Assembly (NCBI GenBank): GCA_016931295.1
Contig: JAFGEZ010000012.1
Coordinates: 6,100-70,099 of the forward strand
Reading direction: 5' to 3'
Source: Candidatus Krumholzibacteriota bacterium
GTDB taxonomy: Bacteria; Krumholzibacteriota; Krumholzibacteriia; Krumholzibacteriales; Krumholzibacteriaceae
DNA length: 64,000 nucleotides
Shown here in pieces: positions 28,451 through 37,205 of this stretch. The notes beneath the pieces were generated by a model, which worked only from the letters and a program-made list of their open reading frames with translations, was not told the origin of the DNA and searched no databases. A program made the position numbers and the translations under genes. The stretch's first letter is position 1. Each line of letters starts with the position of its first letter.

Positions 28451-29242
28451 ATGGCGCTGTATCCGCGATTCATAATGGCTCTCGCTCTGGTTCTCGCCGT
28501 ATCGGCAGCGGGCTGCGGCGGAGGGAACAGGCTGATCATGCAGGGGGGCGGCGAGGTGGAGCACGGCGAGCTCGACCTCGCGAGGCTTCCCGGGGCGGCT
28601 TCCGCATCCGGCGGCGCCTATCGCGTCTCCCACGGCGACGTGCTCGACATCTTCTTCCTCTACAACCGCGACCTCTCCAGGCAGGATATCAGGGTCCGTC
28701 CGGACGGGCGGATCTCCTACCCGTACGCGGGCGAGATCCAGGCGGCCGGGCTCACCGCGTCCGAAATCGACAGCATCCTCACCGACAGGTTCTCGGAAAT
28801 CGTCCGCGATCCCGAGATCTCCGTCATGGTCAGGGAGTTCCAGGAGCCGGTCGTCTACGTGATGGGCGCGGTCGGCTCAGCCGGCGGATACGCCTGGCGG
28901 CGGGGGATGACCCTGATGAACGCCCTGGCGCTGGCCAGCGGACCGGGCGACCGGGGAAAGCGGAACGGCGTGCTCGTCATCAGGCGCGTCGCTCCCGACC
29001 GGGTGGCCGGCATCCAGATCGATGTCGAGGCGCTTACCGACGGGAATCATTTCGAATACGACATACCGATCCAGCCGTACGACATCATCTTCGTGCCGAA
29101 ATCCCGGATCGCGAAGGCGTCGGAGTTCGTCGAATCCCTCTATACCATCCTTGGCAGGCCGGGGGATATCTACATCAAGGGCTGGCAGGTCTTCAACCAG
29201 CGTGCGCTGTACGACTTCTACAAGAGGACGGGGCAGCGGTAG
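28451..29242 (+). CDS. polysaccharide export protein (Wza-like periplasmic/outer-membrane component, PEP-CTERM-locus type)
   Basis: Lipoprotein signal (AVSAAGCGGG). Poly_export motif YRVSHGDVLDIFF. SLBB-like C-terminal half. Confidence 0.8.
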   Translation: MALYPRFIMALALVLAVSAAGCGGGNRLIMQGGGEVEHGELDLARLPGAASASGGAYRVSHGDVLDIFFLYNRDLSRQDIRVRPDGRISYPYAGEIQAAGLTASEIDSILTDRFSEIVRDPEISVMVREFQEPVVYVMGAVGSAGGYAWRRGMTLMNALALASGPGDRGKRNGVLVIRRVAPDRVAGIQIDVEALTDGNHFEYDIPIQPYDIIFVPKSRIAKASEFVESLYTILGRPGDIYIKGWQVFNQRALYDFYKRTGQR

Positions 29243-29255
29243 GCCGGGCGGATCC

Positions 29256-30617
29256 ATGGAGCAGGAATTCAAGAAGAAGGAATCGACCGTCAAGGATTTC
29301 CTCGAGGTGATCTTCAGGCGGAAATGGATCATCGTCGGGATCGTCCTCGTGTCGACCGTCCTCGTCCTCGTCATGAATACGAGGGAACCCGCCGTCTACG
29401 AGTCCATGGCGCGGATCCTCGTCAAGCGCGGCGAGGCGATGGGCGTGTTCAATCCCTACGTCCGCACGCTGACCTGGGAAGAGGAGATCGCGTCCCAGAT
29501 CGAGATGGTGAAATCGCAGGTCGTGGTCGACCGCGCCCAGGAGATCCTCCATCGATTCGTCCCCGAGGGATACGAGACCGACGAGCAAATAAACGTCAAC
29601 AACGTCAATTCGGACGTCGTCTCGACATCGAACGTGATCTGGGTGACCTACACGTCGCGGGACCCGGTCTTCTGCCGCGTCGCGGTGAACGCGATGGTCA
29701 ACGCCTACCGGGACTACTACCAGCAGGTCCGCACGCCGCCGGAGATGGAGGATTTCTTCGCGAACGAGAAGCAGATCCTCATGGAGGAGATCGAGTACTG
29801 GCGGGAGAGGAAGCAGCGGGTCGAAAGCGAGTGGGGGATCATCGATCTCAACAGGCAGCGCACGGACGCGCTTCAGCAGCTCTGGACGCTGCGGAACGAA
29901 CTCGGCGACATCGTGCAGGAGCGGCGGGAGCGTGAATCGATTCTCGAGACGCTCGAGACCCTCGAACAGGCCGACGTCGCCGAGCTTTCGGCGATCTCCA
30001 CGGGGCTGCTCGAACCCGGCCAGCGCGAGGGCGTCGTCGAGAATCTCCGGCGACGGCTCATCGACCTGAAGATGCAGGAATCGGATCTCGCGGCGCGATA
30101 CACCGATTCCAACAAGGAGCTCGTGAACATCCGCGCCCAGATCGACGACATGCACGGTCTTTTGTCGAAGGAGATCGATGCCCTTCTCTTCGTCAACCGG
30201 AGCCGGCTCTCCGTCGTCAGGGACCGCGAACGGAGCCTGAGAAGTGACATCGCCAGGTTGGAGAGCGAGAACGAGGAATTTCCCGCGCAGGAGGTCGAGC
30301 TCCAGCGGATCGAGACGTCCCTCCAGAACGCGATCGATTCGTACGAGGCGCTCGTCGAGCAGCATATCAATTCGCGGATCTCGATCGCGAGCAACCCGGA
30401 GTGGAACGTGACGATCCTGAATCCCGCCGATTCGGCGCACGCCCGAAAGACGCGGGACTACGTCCGGATCGCGCTCGGCCCACTTTTCAGCCTGGTGATC
30501 GCGCTCGGGTTCGCATTCTTCATCGACAACCTCGACCACTCGATCAAGAACGTCTCGGAGGCGGAGGACGTGCTGCAGATGAACGTGCTCGCCTCTTTCC
30601 CGGACACGAAGCGGTGA
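29256..30617 (+). CDS. polysaccharide chain-length determinant (Wzz/GumC-like, PEP-CTERM-locus type)
   Basis: N-terminal TM, long coiled-coil periplasmic region, C-terminal TM (LGPLFSLVIALGFAFFI). True start ATG 29256; the ORF track 5' extension is off-gene. Confidence 0.8.
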   Translation: MEQEFKKKESTVKDFLEVIFRRKWIIVGIVLVSTVLVLVMNTREPAVYESMARILVKRGEAMGVFNPYVRTLTWEEEIASQIEMVKSQVVVDRAQEILHRFVPEGYETDEQINVNNVNSDVVSTSNVIWVTYTSRDPVFCRVAVNAMVNAYRDYYQQVRTPPEMEDFFANEKQILMEEIEYWRERKQRVESEWGIIDLNRQRTDALQQLWTLRNELGDIVQERRERESILETLETLEQADVAELSAISTGLLEPGQREGVVENLRRRLIDLKMQESDLAARYTDSNKELVNIRAQIDDMHGLLSKEIDALLFVNRSRLSVVRDRERSLRSDIARLESENEEFPAQEVELQRIETSLQNAIDSYEALVEQHINSRISIASNPEWNVTILNPADSAHARKTRDYVRIALGPLFSLVIALGFAFFIDNLDHSIKNVSEAEDVLQMNVLASFPDTKR

Positions 30618-30624
30618 GAAGACG

Positions 30625-31482
30625 ATGTACGAGGATTTCTACGGTTTCAGGGAGCTCCCCTTCAACGTGACGCCGGATCCCCGGTTCCTCTACCGGAGCC
30701 GGAGCCACCGGGAGGCGCTCGCGTACATCACCTACGGGATCTTCCAGAAGAAGGGCTTCATCGCCCTCACCGGGGAGGTCGGCGTCGGCAAGACGACCGT
30801 CGTCAACGCGTTCATCGATCTCTTCCAGCCATCGCTGGAGGTCGCCTTCGTCTTCACCACGAAGTTCCCCTTCGATCAGCTCCTCTACCTGATCTGCCGC
30901 GACTACGGGCTCGATGTCGAGGGGATGAACAAGGCCCAGACGCTCCTCGCGCTCAATGAATTCCTGATATCCCAGTACGAGCGGAACCGGAACACGGTGC
31001 TGATCATCGACGAGGCGCAGAATCTCAGCCCGGACGTGCTCGAGGAGCTCCGGATGCTCTCGAATCTCGAGACGCGGGACCGCAAGCTCCTGCAGATCAT
31101 GCTCGTCGGGCAGCCGGAGCTCGAGGCGATCCTCAACATGAGCGAGATGCGACAGCTCAGGCAGCGGATACCGGGGATCTGCAGGATCTCCATGCTCGAT
31201 CACGAGGAGGTCGTCTCCTACGTGAAGACGCGGCTCGAGATCGCCCGCGGCGGAGACGGCGGTCCGCACTTCACCGACGATTCCCTCGCGGAGATATTCC
31301 ACTATTCTGGGGGGACCCCGCGGCTGATCAACATCCTCTGCGATCGCGCGCTCCTGATCGGCTACGTGTCGAACACGAAGACGATCGACGGGCGCATCGT
31401 CCGCGAGGGCGTGCGGGACCTGGAGTCCCGCGAGGCGGCATCCCCTGAACGGCGCGTCGGGCCACGCGCGTATCCTGGCTGA
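30625..31482 (+). CDS. ExeA/MshM-like AAA ATPase (PEP-CTERM-locus secretion ATPase subfamily)
   Basis: Walker A GEVGVGKTT, Walker B LIIDEAQNL, ExeA-like architecture. Confidence 0.8.
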   Translation: MYEDFYGFRELPFNVTPDPRFLYRSRSHREALAYITYGIFQKKGFIALTGEVGVGKTTVVNAFIDLFQPSLEVAFVFTTKFPFDQLLYLICRDYGLDVEGMNKAQTLLALNEFLISQYERNRNTVLIIDEAQNLSPDVLEELRMLSNLETRDRKLLQIMLVGQPELEAILNMSEMRQLRQRIPGICRISMLDHEEVVSYVKTRLEIARGGDGGPHFTDDSLAEIFHYSGGTPRLINILCDRALLIGYVSNTKTIDGRIVREGVRDLESREAASPERRVGPRAYPG

Positions 31483-31504
31483 CGAAGAGGGAAAGGGGCG
31501 ACGC

Positions 31505-32272
31505 GTGAGCAGAATCTTCGACGCGCTGCGAAAGGCCGAACGCGAACGGGTGAAGCCGCCGCGCCCGCGGAAACGGCCCGCTCCCTCGCGGCCGGCTTCC
31601 GCCGAGGCGGGAGAGCACGTCTTCCTGCGGGGCCTCGACGAGCAGTTCCGCCGATCCCTGCAGAACCTCCGCAACTCGATCGATTCGGAGATGCGGAACC
31701 GCGAGTCGCGCGTGATCCTCTTCACCAGTTCCGTGGCCGGGGAGGGGACGACGACGATCGTCTCCTTTCTCGCGCGGATGCTTTCCCTCGGCGAGACCGA
31801 GCGAGTGCTCCTCGTCGATTGCGCGGTTCATCATCCCACCCTGCACAGGCTGTTCGGCATCGATAACGAACGGGGGATCGTCGATTTCCTTTCAGGCTCG
31901 GCCACCCTCGAACAGGTGACGACGTCGGTGGACGCCGACGCGCTCGATATCGTCACGGCGGGAAGCAGCGTCAGCGCGGAAATGATCCAGTCCCGCTTCA
32001 ATTCCGAGATCATGCGGCGATTCGTCAAGGAGTCCGGCGAGATCTACGACTACGTCCTCATCGATTCCTCCGCCGTGCTCGAGGCGCCCGAGACGCCCAT
32101 CATCGCCTCGTCGGCCGACGCCGTCGTCCTCGTCGTGCAGGCGGGGAGCACGAAGCGAGAGGTCATCAAGCGCGCGGTGCAGATGGTGGAGAAACTCGAC
32201 GGCTCTTTCATCGGCACCGTACTCAACCGGAAGCAGTACCACATCCCCGAGTTCATCTACAGGCGGGTATAG
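31505..32272 (+). CDS. BY-kinase-like P-loop protein (EpsG-type) with degenerate Walker A, probable pseudo-kinase
   Basis: Family architecture (MSRIFDALRKAERE N-terminus, P-loop region, DxD) but Walker A reads GEGTTT instead of GEGK[ST]. GTG start 31505 with a gaagagggaaagggg RBS. Confidence 0.7.
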   Translation: MSRIFDALRKAERERVKPPRPRKRPAPSRPASAEAGEHVFLRGLDEQFRRSLQNLRNSIDSEMRNRESRVILFTSSVAGEGTTTIVSFLARMLSLGETERVLLVDCAVHHPTLHRLFGIDNERGIVDFLSGSATLEQVTTSVDADALDIVTAGSSVSAEMIQSRFNSEIMRRFVKESGEIYDYVLIDSSAVLEAPETPIIASSADAVVLVVQAGSTKREVIKRAVQMVEKLDGSFIGTVLNRKQYHIPEFIYRRV

Positions 32273-33484
32273 ATGTCCAGCGATACCGGTCCGACGGCGG
32301 AAGGATCCGTTTCGCGCCGGATCGGGATCGACCGGTTCCTCGAATCGTGCGCGGATCTCGTCGCCCGGGAAGCGGGGGAAGGCCGGCTTGCGGGCTGCTT
32401 CGTCTGCGGTTCATTCGCCACGGGCGAGGAGAGTCTCGTCGAGGACGCCGGCGACGCGATCCTTCTCTCCGACGTCGACCTGGTGGCCGTCGTGCGCGAT
32501 CTCGACACCCATCGCTCGATCCTGTCCCGGAAACGATCGATCGGGGAGGCCTGCGAGGCCTTGTTGCCCGAGGTGCGGTTCGCCGGACGCGTCGACGTCG
32601 GCGTGCTCCTCGCGGACGAGATCTCGGCGCTTCCGCATTCCCCCGGCATCTACGATCTGCGCGAGCGGGGGCGGGTCCTCCTCGGTCCGCCGGAACTCCT
32701 CGAGGGGATTCCCGACCGCGATCCGGCGCGGATCGGCGGCCGCGAGGGGCTCAGGCTCGTCGAGAACCGCGTGCCGCCCCTGTTCGCCGCGCACGTGCTC
32801 GGGGAATCGACGGGCGTCGACCGCTGGCGTTTCCTCTACGCGCTCTGCCGCGTCTACACCGACATCGCAACGGCCGCCCTGTGTCTCGCGGGACGGTACG
32901 TGCCGGGGTATGCGGAGCGTTCAACCCGGTTCGGGGAGATCGCCGGCGGGAAAGTCGCGTGGAAGGAATTGCGGGAGCCGGTCGAGCGCTGGACGCGCTT
33001 CAAGATCGAGCCGGGACGCGGGATCGCGCGGGAGGCGATCGGCGACACGGGAGACGAAGAACTGTGGGACCGTGCCGCGGCGGATCTCCTTCGATTCTGG
33101 CGGCGGGCGGCCGCCTCCGTCGCCGGTCGCGACCCCGTCGAGGGGGAGAAGACGGACGTCGGCCTCATGATCGAGGAGAACAGCCTCCGGGCGCGACGTC
33201 TCACGAACGCGCGGCGTTGGGCGGCCCTGCTCCGCGGACTCGGCACGACGGACGGGCTCCGCGCCGCGGGGGCGCTCAGGGGGCGCATGCTCACCGTCGA
33301 CCCGGAAGCGTTCATCCGGCTCTCGGCCCTCTCCATCCTCGACGCCCGGGTCGCCGGCGGCAAAAACGCGACGGTCGGGGGGGCGCCCGGCGGTTTTCCA
33401 TTCGGCGCCGGATCGTGGGAGGAGGCGGCCCGCCTCGTCACCCGGCACTGGCACCGGCTGGTCTTCGACCGCGAGGAGGGATAG
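32273..33484 (+). CDS. nucleotidyltransferase-fold protein (pol-beta/LicD-like G[GS]...DhD motif) of unknown function
   Basis: CGSFATGEESLVEDAGDAILLSDVDLVAVV: a GS motif followed 19 residues later by DVD, on a hydrophobic beta-strand context. 403 aa. ATG immediately after the upstream stop; the downstream gene starts 4 nt after its stop. Confidence 0.55.
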   Translation: MSSDTGPTAEGSVSRRIGIDRFLESCADLVAREAGEGRLAGCFVCGSFATGEESLVEDAGDAILLSDVDLVAVVRDLDTHRSILSRKRSIGEACEALLPEVRFAGRVDVGVLLADEISALPHSPGIYDLRERGRVLLGPPELLEGIPDRDPARIGGREGLRLVENRVPPLFAAHVLGESTGVDRWRFLYALCRVYTDIATAALCLAGRYVPGYAERSTRFGEIAGGKVAWKELREPVERWTRFKIEPGRGIAREAIGDTGDEELWDRAAADLLRFWRRAAASVAGRDPVEGEKTDVGLMIEENSLRARRLTNARRWAALLRGLGTTDGLRAAGALRGRMLTVDPEAFIRLSALSILDARVAGGKNATVGGAPGGFPFGAGSWEEAARLVTRHWHRLVFDREEG

Positions 33485-33488
33485 ACCG

Positions 33489-34604
33489 ATGAGGACGGTC
33501 GTCGTGATCATCGACGCGCTCGGCGCCGAGTTGGCCCGAACCCACGGGTTCGCGGTCGCCGGACTGGCGCACGGGCGGCGGCTCGAGAGCGTGCTCGGTT
33601 TCAGCCAGGCGGCGCTCACCTCGATACTCACCGGCGTCCGGCCCGATCGACACGGGCTCTGGATGATGTACGCCTTCGACGATCGTTCACCGTTCCGGTT
33701 CCTGCGGTGTTTCCCGGACGCTCTCGGCACGCGGCGGCGCATCGTCCGCCGCCTCGTCAGGTGGAAGCTCGGCGCACTCGATCGCGTCGGCGCGTACTAC
33801 AGCCTCTACGACGTGCCGAAGCGCGTCCTCGGCTGCCTCGATCTCCCCGCGCGCCGGCCCCTCTTCGAGCCGGGAGGAGGGCAGGGGACGCCGACCGTGA
33901 TCGATCGGGCGATCGAGCGCGGGGACCGCTGCTTCGTGCGGGACTACCGGTGTCCCGAGCTCGAGGCCTTCGACGACCTCGACCAGGCGCTCGACGCGGG
34001 ACGGCACGATTTCCACCTGCTCTACACGGCGGGGCTCGACGCGGTGCTGCATCGATTCGGCACGGGGCACGAGGAGACGGCGAAGCGGCTCCGCCTGTAC
34101 GAAAAGCGGCTCGGGCGGATCGTGTCGAAATGCGACCGGATGATCGTTCTCGGCGATCACGGGATGTGCGACGTCGAGCGGACGGTGGATCTCATCGCCC
34201 GGGTCGAAGCGCTCGGACTCCGGGTTCCCCGCGATGTCGTTCCGTTCTACGACGCGACGATGGCCCGCTTCCGGGTGCGCGACGCCCGCGTGCGAAGCGG
34301 GCTCGAGCAACTCCTCGGGGAACTCGGGTGCGGGCGGATCCTCGACGAGGCGGAGCAGCGCCTGCTCGGCGTCCGCTTCGAAGACGGCCGTTTCGGCGAT
34401 CTCATCTTCGTCGTCGAGACGGGGACGGTGATCGAGCCGAGCTTCATGGGGCGCACGGCTCCCGCGGGGATGCACGGCTATCATCCCGCCGCGCCGTGCA
34501 TGGACAGCCTGATGCTCTCGAGCGAGCTGGCCGACGGGTGCCGATCGATCACGGACGTCGCATCGCTCGTTTTGCCGGGCTTCGCCGCGGGGGGAGCGGC
34601 ATGA
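33489..34604 (+). CDS. alkaline-phosphatase-superfamily enzyme (type I phosphodiesterase / nucleotide pyrophosphatase-like), soluble
   Basis: N-terminal metal-site motif VVIIDALG, C-terminal GMHGYHP. 371 aa, no TM helix. Overlaps the flippase start (ATGA). Confidence 0.6.
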   Translation: MRTVVVIIDALGAELARTHGFAVAGLAHGRRLESVLGFSQAALTSILTGVRPDRHGLWMMYAFDDRSPFRFLRCFPDALGTRRRIVRRLVRWKLGALDRVGAYYSLYDVPKRVLGCLDLPARRPLFEPGGGQGTPTVIDRAIERGDRCFVRDYRCPELEAFDDLDQALDAGRHDFHLLYTAGLDAVLHRFGTGHEETAKRLRLYEKRLGRIVSKCDRMIVLGDHGMCDVERTVDLIARVEALGLRVPRDVVPFYDATMARFRVRDARVRSGLEQLLGELGCGRILDEAEQRLLGVRFEDGRFGDLIFVVETGTVIEPSFMGRTAPAGMHGYHPAAPCMDSLMLSSELADGCRSITDVASLVLPGFAAGGAA

Positions 34605-36103
34605 GCGTGGAGCGCGTCGGCAGGGCGATGACGTGGAGCGTTCTCGCCAGGGTCGCGCGGTTCGCGGCCGGGCCGATCGCATACGTGGTGATCGTCCGTT
34701 CCCTGGGCGAGACCGACTGGGGGATCCTGAGCATCCTGCGGACGATCTCGTCACTCGCCCTCATCGTCGTGACGGCGGGGGGCGGCAACGCGCTGCTCCG
34801 GTTCCTGCCGCAGCTCCGGGTCACGGGAGGCGCGGGGCGCTTCATGGCGAGATTCCGGTTCGTTTTGCTCGCGCAGGCGGTCGTCTGGGGCGCGCTTCTC
34901 GGCGTCTCGCGGCTCGTCGGCGACCGGGTGGGGCGGCTCGTCGGCGCGCCGGGGGAGGGTTTCACCGGTCTCCTCCTCGTCGCGATCGGGGTCGTCATCT
35001 TCGAGGTGATGCTCCGCCTCGTGACCTCGGCGCTCCAGTCATGGTACGAGACGCGCAGGCTTGCGATTGTAACCGTAGCAGGTAATATAGCATACGTGAT
35101 ATTGCTCGTCTTGTTCCTCAAGTCGGGGACGGGCATCGTCGGCGTTCTGTTCGCCGGCGCCATCGTCAACCTGGCGATGAGCGTCCTGCTCGCCAGGCAG
35201 GTCTTCTCGCTCGTTTGCTCGGCGCCGGAGGCCGGGGGGGAGGCGCCCCGCGTCGGGCGGATCTTCGCCTTCTCGCTCCCCTTCGTGGCGACGGGGCTCC
35301 TCAACGAGATCGTATGGCGCCACTCCGAGGTCCTCTTCCTCGGGCATTTCGCCGGCGTCGAGGCGGCGGGGTATTTCGGGCTCGCCTACCGGACGACCCA
35401 GCAGTTTCTCGAGTTCGTGCCCCTCTCGATCTGGCCGATCGTCATGGCCGGCGTCACCGAGGCCTATGCGAAAGACCGCAACCGTCTCGCCGGGTCGATC
35501 GATCTCTACTACCGGTTGCTGTACATTCTCGTCATGCCGGTCGCCGCGCTCGGATTCGCCCTGTCGAGACCGCTCGTGCCCTTCCTCTTCGGCGAGGCGA
35601 TGGCTCCGGCCGCGCAGGTAACGCAACTGTTTTTCGTTGTCTTTTCATACTCCTTTCTCTATACTCCGCTCAGCATGGCCCTGTATGTGATGGAGAAAAG
35701 CTGGCTTAACATGCTGACCTTCGCCATGCTCGCCGCGGTGAACATCGGTCTCGATCTCGTGTTCATTCCGAGGATCGGGATCGACGGCGCCCTGCTCTCG
35801 GTCGCGCTCGTGCTCGCGCTCAGCGTGGCCGTATTCGGCGTCGTCGTCAAGCGGGTCAGGCCCGATATCCGGATCCCGTTCGGGTTCGTGCTCCGCTGCT
35901 ACGCGGCGTGCCTGCCGACGGCCCTCATCGCGCTGACCTCGTCCCGCTGGCACTCGGTTCCCGCGCTCGCGATCCAGGCGCTCGCCGGAATCGTGCTGCT
36001 CTATGCGGGGTTCAGGGCGATGCGGGTCATCGGGGCGAGGGAGAAGGAGATGATCGCCAGGCTGCCCATACCGTTCAAGGGACGTTTGATCGCACTCTTC
36101 TAG
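34601..36103 (+). CDS. Wzx-like oligosaccharide flippase (MOP/polysaccharide biosynthesis protein family)
   Basis: About 12-14 TM helices, PST-family features. True start ATG 34601 inside ORF 33707..36103. Confidence 0.75.
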   Translation: MSVERVGRAMTWSVLARVARFAAGPIAYVVIVRSLGETDWGILSILRTISSLALIVVTAGGGNALLRFLPQLRVTGGAGRFMARFRFVLLAQAVVWGALLGVSRLVGDRVGRLVGAPGEGFTGLLLVAIGVVIFEVMLRLVTSALQSWYETRRLAIVTVAGNIAYVILLVLFLKSGTGIVGVLFAGAIVNLAMSVLLARQVFSLVCSAPEAGGEAPRVGRIFAFSLPFVATGLLNEIVWRHSEVLFLGHFAGVEAAGYFGLAYRTTQQFLEFVPLSIWPIVMAGVTEAYAKDRNRLAGSIDLYYRLLYILVMPVAALGFALSRPLVPFLFGEAMAPAAQVTQLFFVVFSYSFLYTPLSMALYVMEKSWLNMLTFAMLAAVNIGLDLVFIPRIGIDGALLSVALVLALSVAVFGVVVKRVRPDIRIPFGFVLRCYAACLPTALIALTSSRWHSVPALAIQALAGIVLLYAGFRAMRVIGAREKEMIARLPIPFKGRLIALF

Positions 36104-36116
36104 ACGAGGACAGGAC

Positions 36117-36794
36117 ATGTATCGCGACAAGACCATTTCAGTCGTCATCCCCTGCTACAACGAAGAGGAAGGCGTGGCGCGCGTCATCGCGTCGCTGCCG
36201 CCGTCGATCGACGAGGTCGTCGTCGTCGACAACAACTCGACGGACCGCACGGCGGCCGTCGCCAGAGAACTCGGCGCGCGGGTCGTCTTCGAGGCCCGGA
36301 AGGGCTACGGGGCCGCCTACAAGGCGGGATTGCCGACCGTTACCGGTGACATAACGGTCACGATGGACGGCGACGGCACCTACCCGGTCGAGCAGATCGA
36401 GGAATGCATCGACCATCTCCTCGATCGGGAGCTCGATTTCGTCTCGGCCTCCCGTTTCCCGCTGAAGGACCCTTCGGCGATGAACTCCTCGAACCAGGCG
36501 GGGAACTGGATCCTCACCGCCGGGACGGCGCTGCTCTTTTTGCGGCCGATCCGCGATTCGCAGTCGGGGATGTGGATCTACCGGAGCCCGATCTATCCCG
36601 AACTGCGTGTGAAGAGCGACGGGATGCCCTTCTCCGAGGAGATCAAGATCGCCGCCATCCGGCACCCGCGGCTCCGATTCGACGAATACCACGTCAATTA
36701 CCATCCGCGTATCGGCGAGGTGAAGCTCGACAAGTGGCGCGACGGGCTCCTCAACCTGTGCTATCTCGTCAAGCTGAGGTTCACCCCCCGGTGA
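36117..36794 (+). CDS. GT2 polyprenol-phosphate glycosyltransferase (DPM1/ArnC/GtrB-like, soluble form)
   Basis: ISVVIPCYNEEEG...VVVVDNNSTDRT...TMDGDG GT-A DxD motifs. Confidence 0.75.
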   Translation: MYRDKTISVVIPCYNEEEGVARVIASLPPSIDEVVVVDNNSTDRTAAVARELGARVVFEARKGYGAAYKAGLPTVTGDITVTMDGDGTYPVEQIEECIDHLLDRELDFVSASRFPLKDPSAMNSSNQAGNWILTAGTALLFLRPIRDSQSGMWIYRSPIYPELRVKSDGMPFSEEIKIAAIRHPRLRFDEYHVNYHPRIGEVKLDKWRDGLLNLCYLVKLRFTPR

Positions 36795-36816
36795 TCCGTC
36801 CCGTAAAGGAGATCGG

Positions 36817-37179
36817 ATGTTCAAGAACCTCCTCCTCATCGTGCTGACCGTTTGTCTGAACACGACGGGGCAGTTCCTGATGAAGGCGGGCATCAACAGG
36901 ATCGGCAAGATCGATCTGCACAACCTCGTCGATTCCTTCGGACGCGTCGTCGTGTCCCCCTTCGTCCTCGGGGGATTCGGCACGTACGCGATCAGCGCCG
37001 TGCTCTGGATCATCATCCTGTCCCGGACGGAACTCGGCTGGGCCTTTCCCATGGTGAGCCTCTCGTACGTGATCACCGTTCTCGTCGGGCCGGTCCTGCT
37101 GAACGAGACCTTCTCCTACCAGCGTTTCATCGGCGTGCTCGTCATCTGCGTCGGAGTCTATCTCGTCAGCCGGACCTGA
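36817..37179 (+). CDS. small 4-TM DMT/EamA-like protein (ArnE/ArnF-type polyprenyl-phosphate sugar flippase subunit-like)
   Basis: 120 aa, four TM helices, similarity pattern to ArnE/ArnF. aaaggag RBS. Confidence 0.65.
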   Translation: MFKNLLLIVLTVCLNTTGQFLMKAGINRIGKIDLHNLVDSFGRVVVSPFVLGGFGTYAISAVLWIIILSRTELGWAFPMVSLSYVITVLVGPVLLNETFSYQRFIGVLVICVGVYLVSRT

Positions 37180-37205
37180 CACACGCGCACCGGGAGGATG
37201 ACGCC

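Noticed and set aside
32273-34604. Interpretation of the nucleotidyltransferase-fold + phosphodiesterase pair as a CBASS-like anti-phage signalling module
   Set aside because: No effector, no second defence gene, and both genes are translationally coupled inside the EPS operon. A glycan-modification role is more parsimonious, but the alternative is kept as a minor possibility in the finding.
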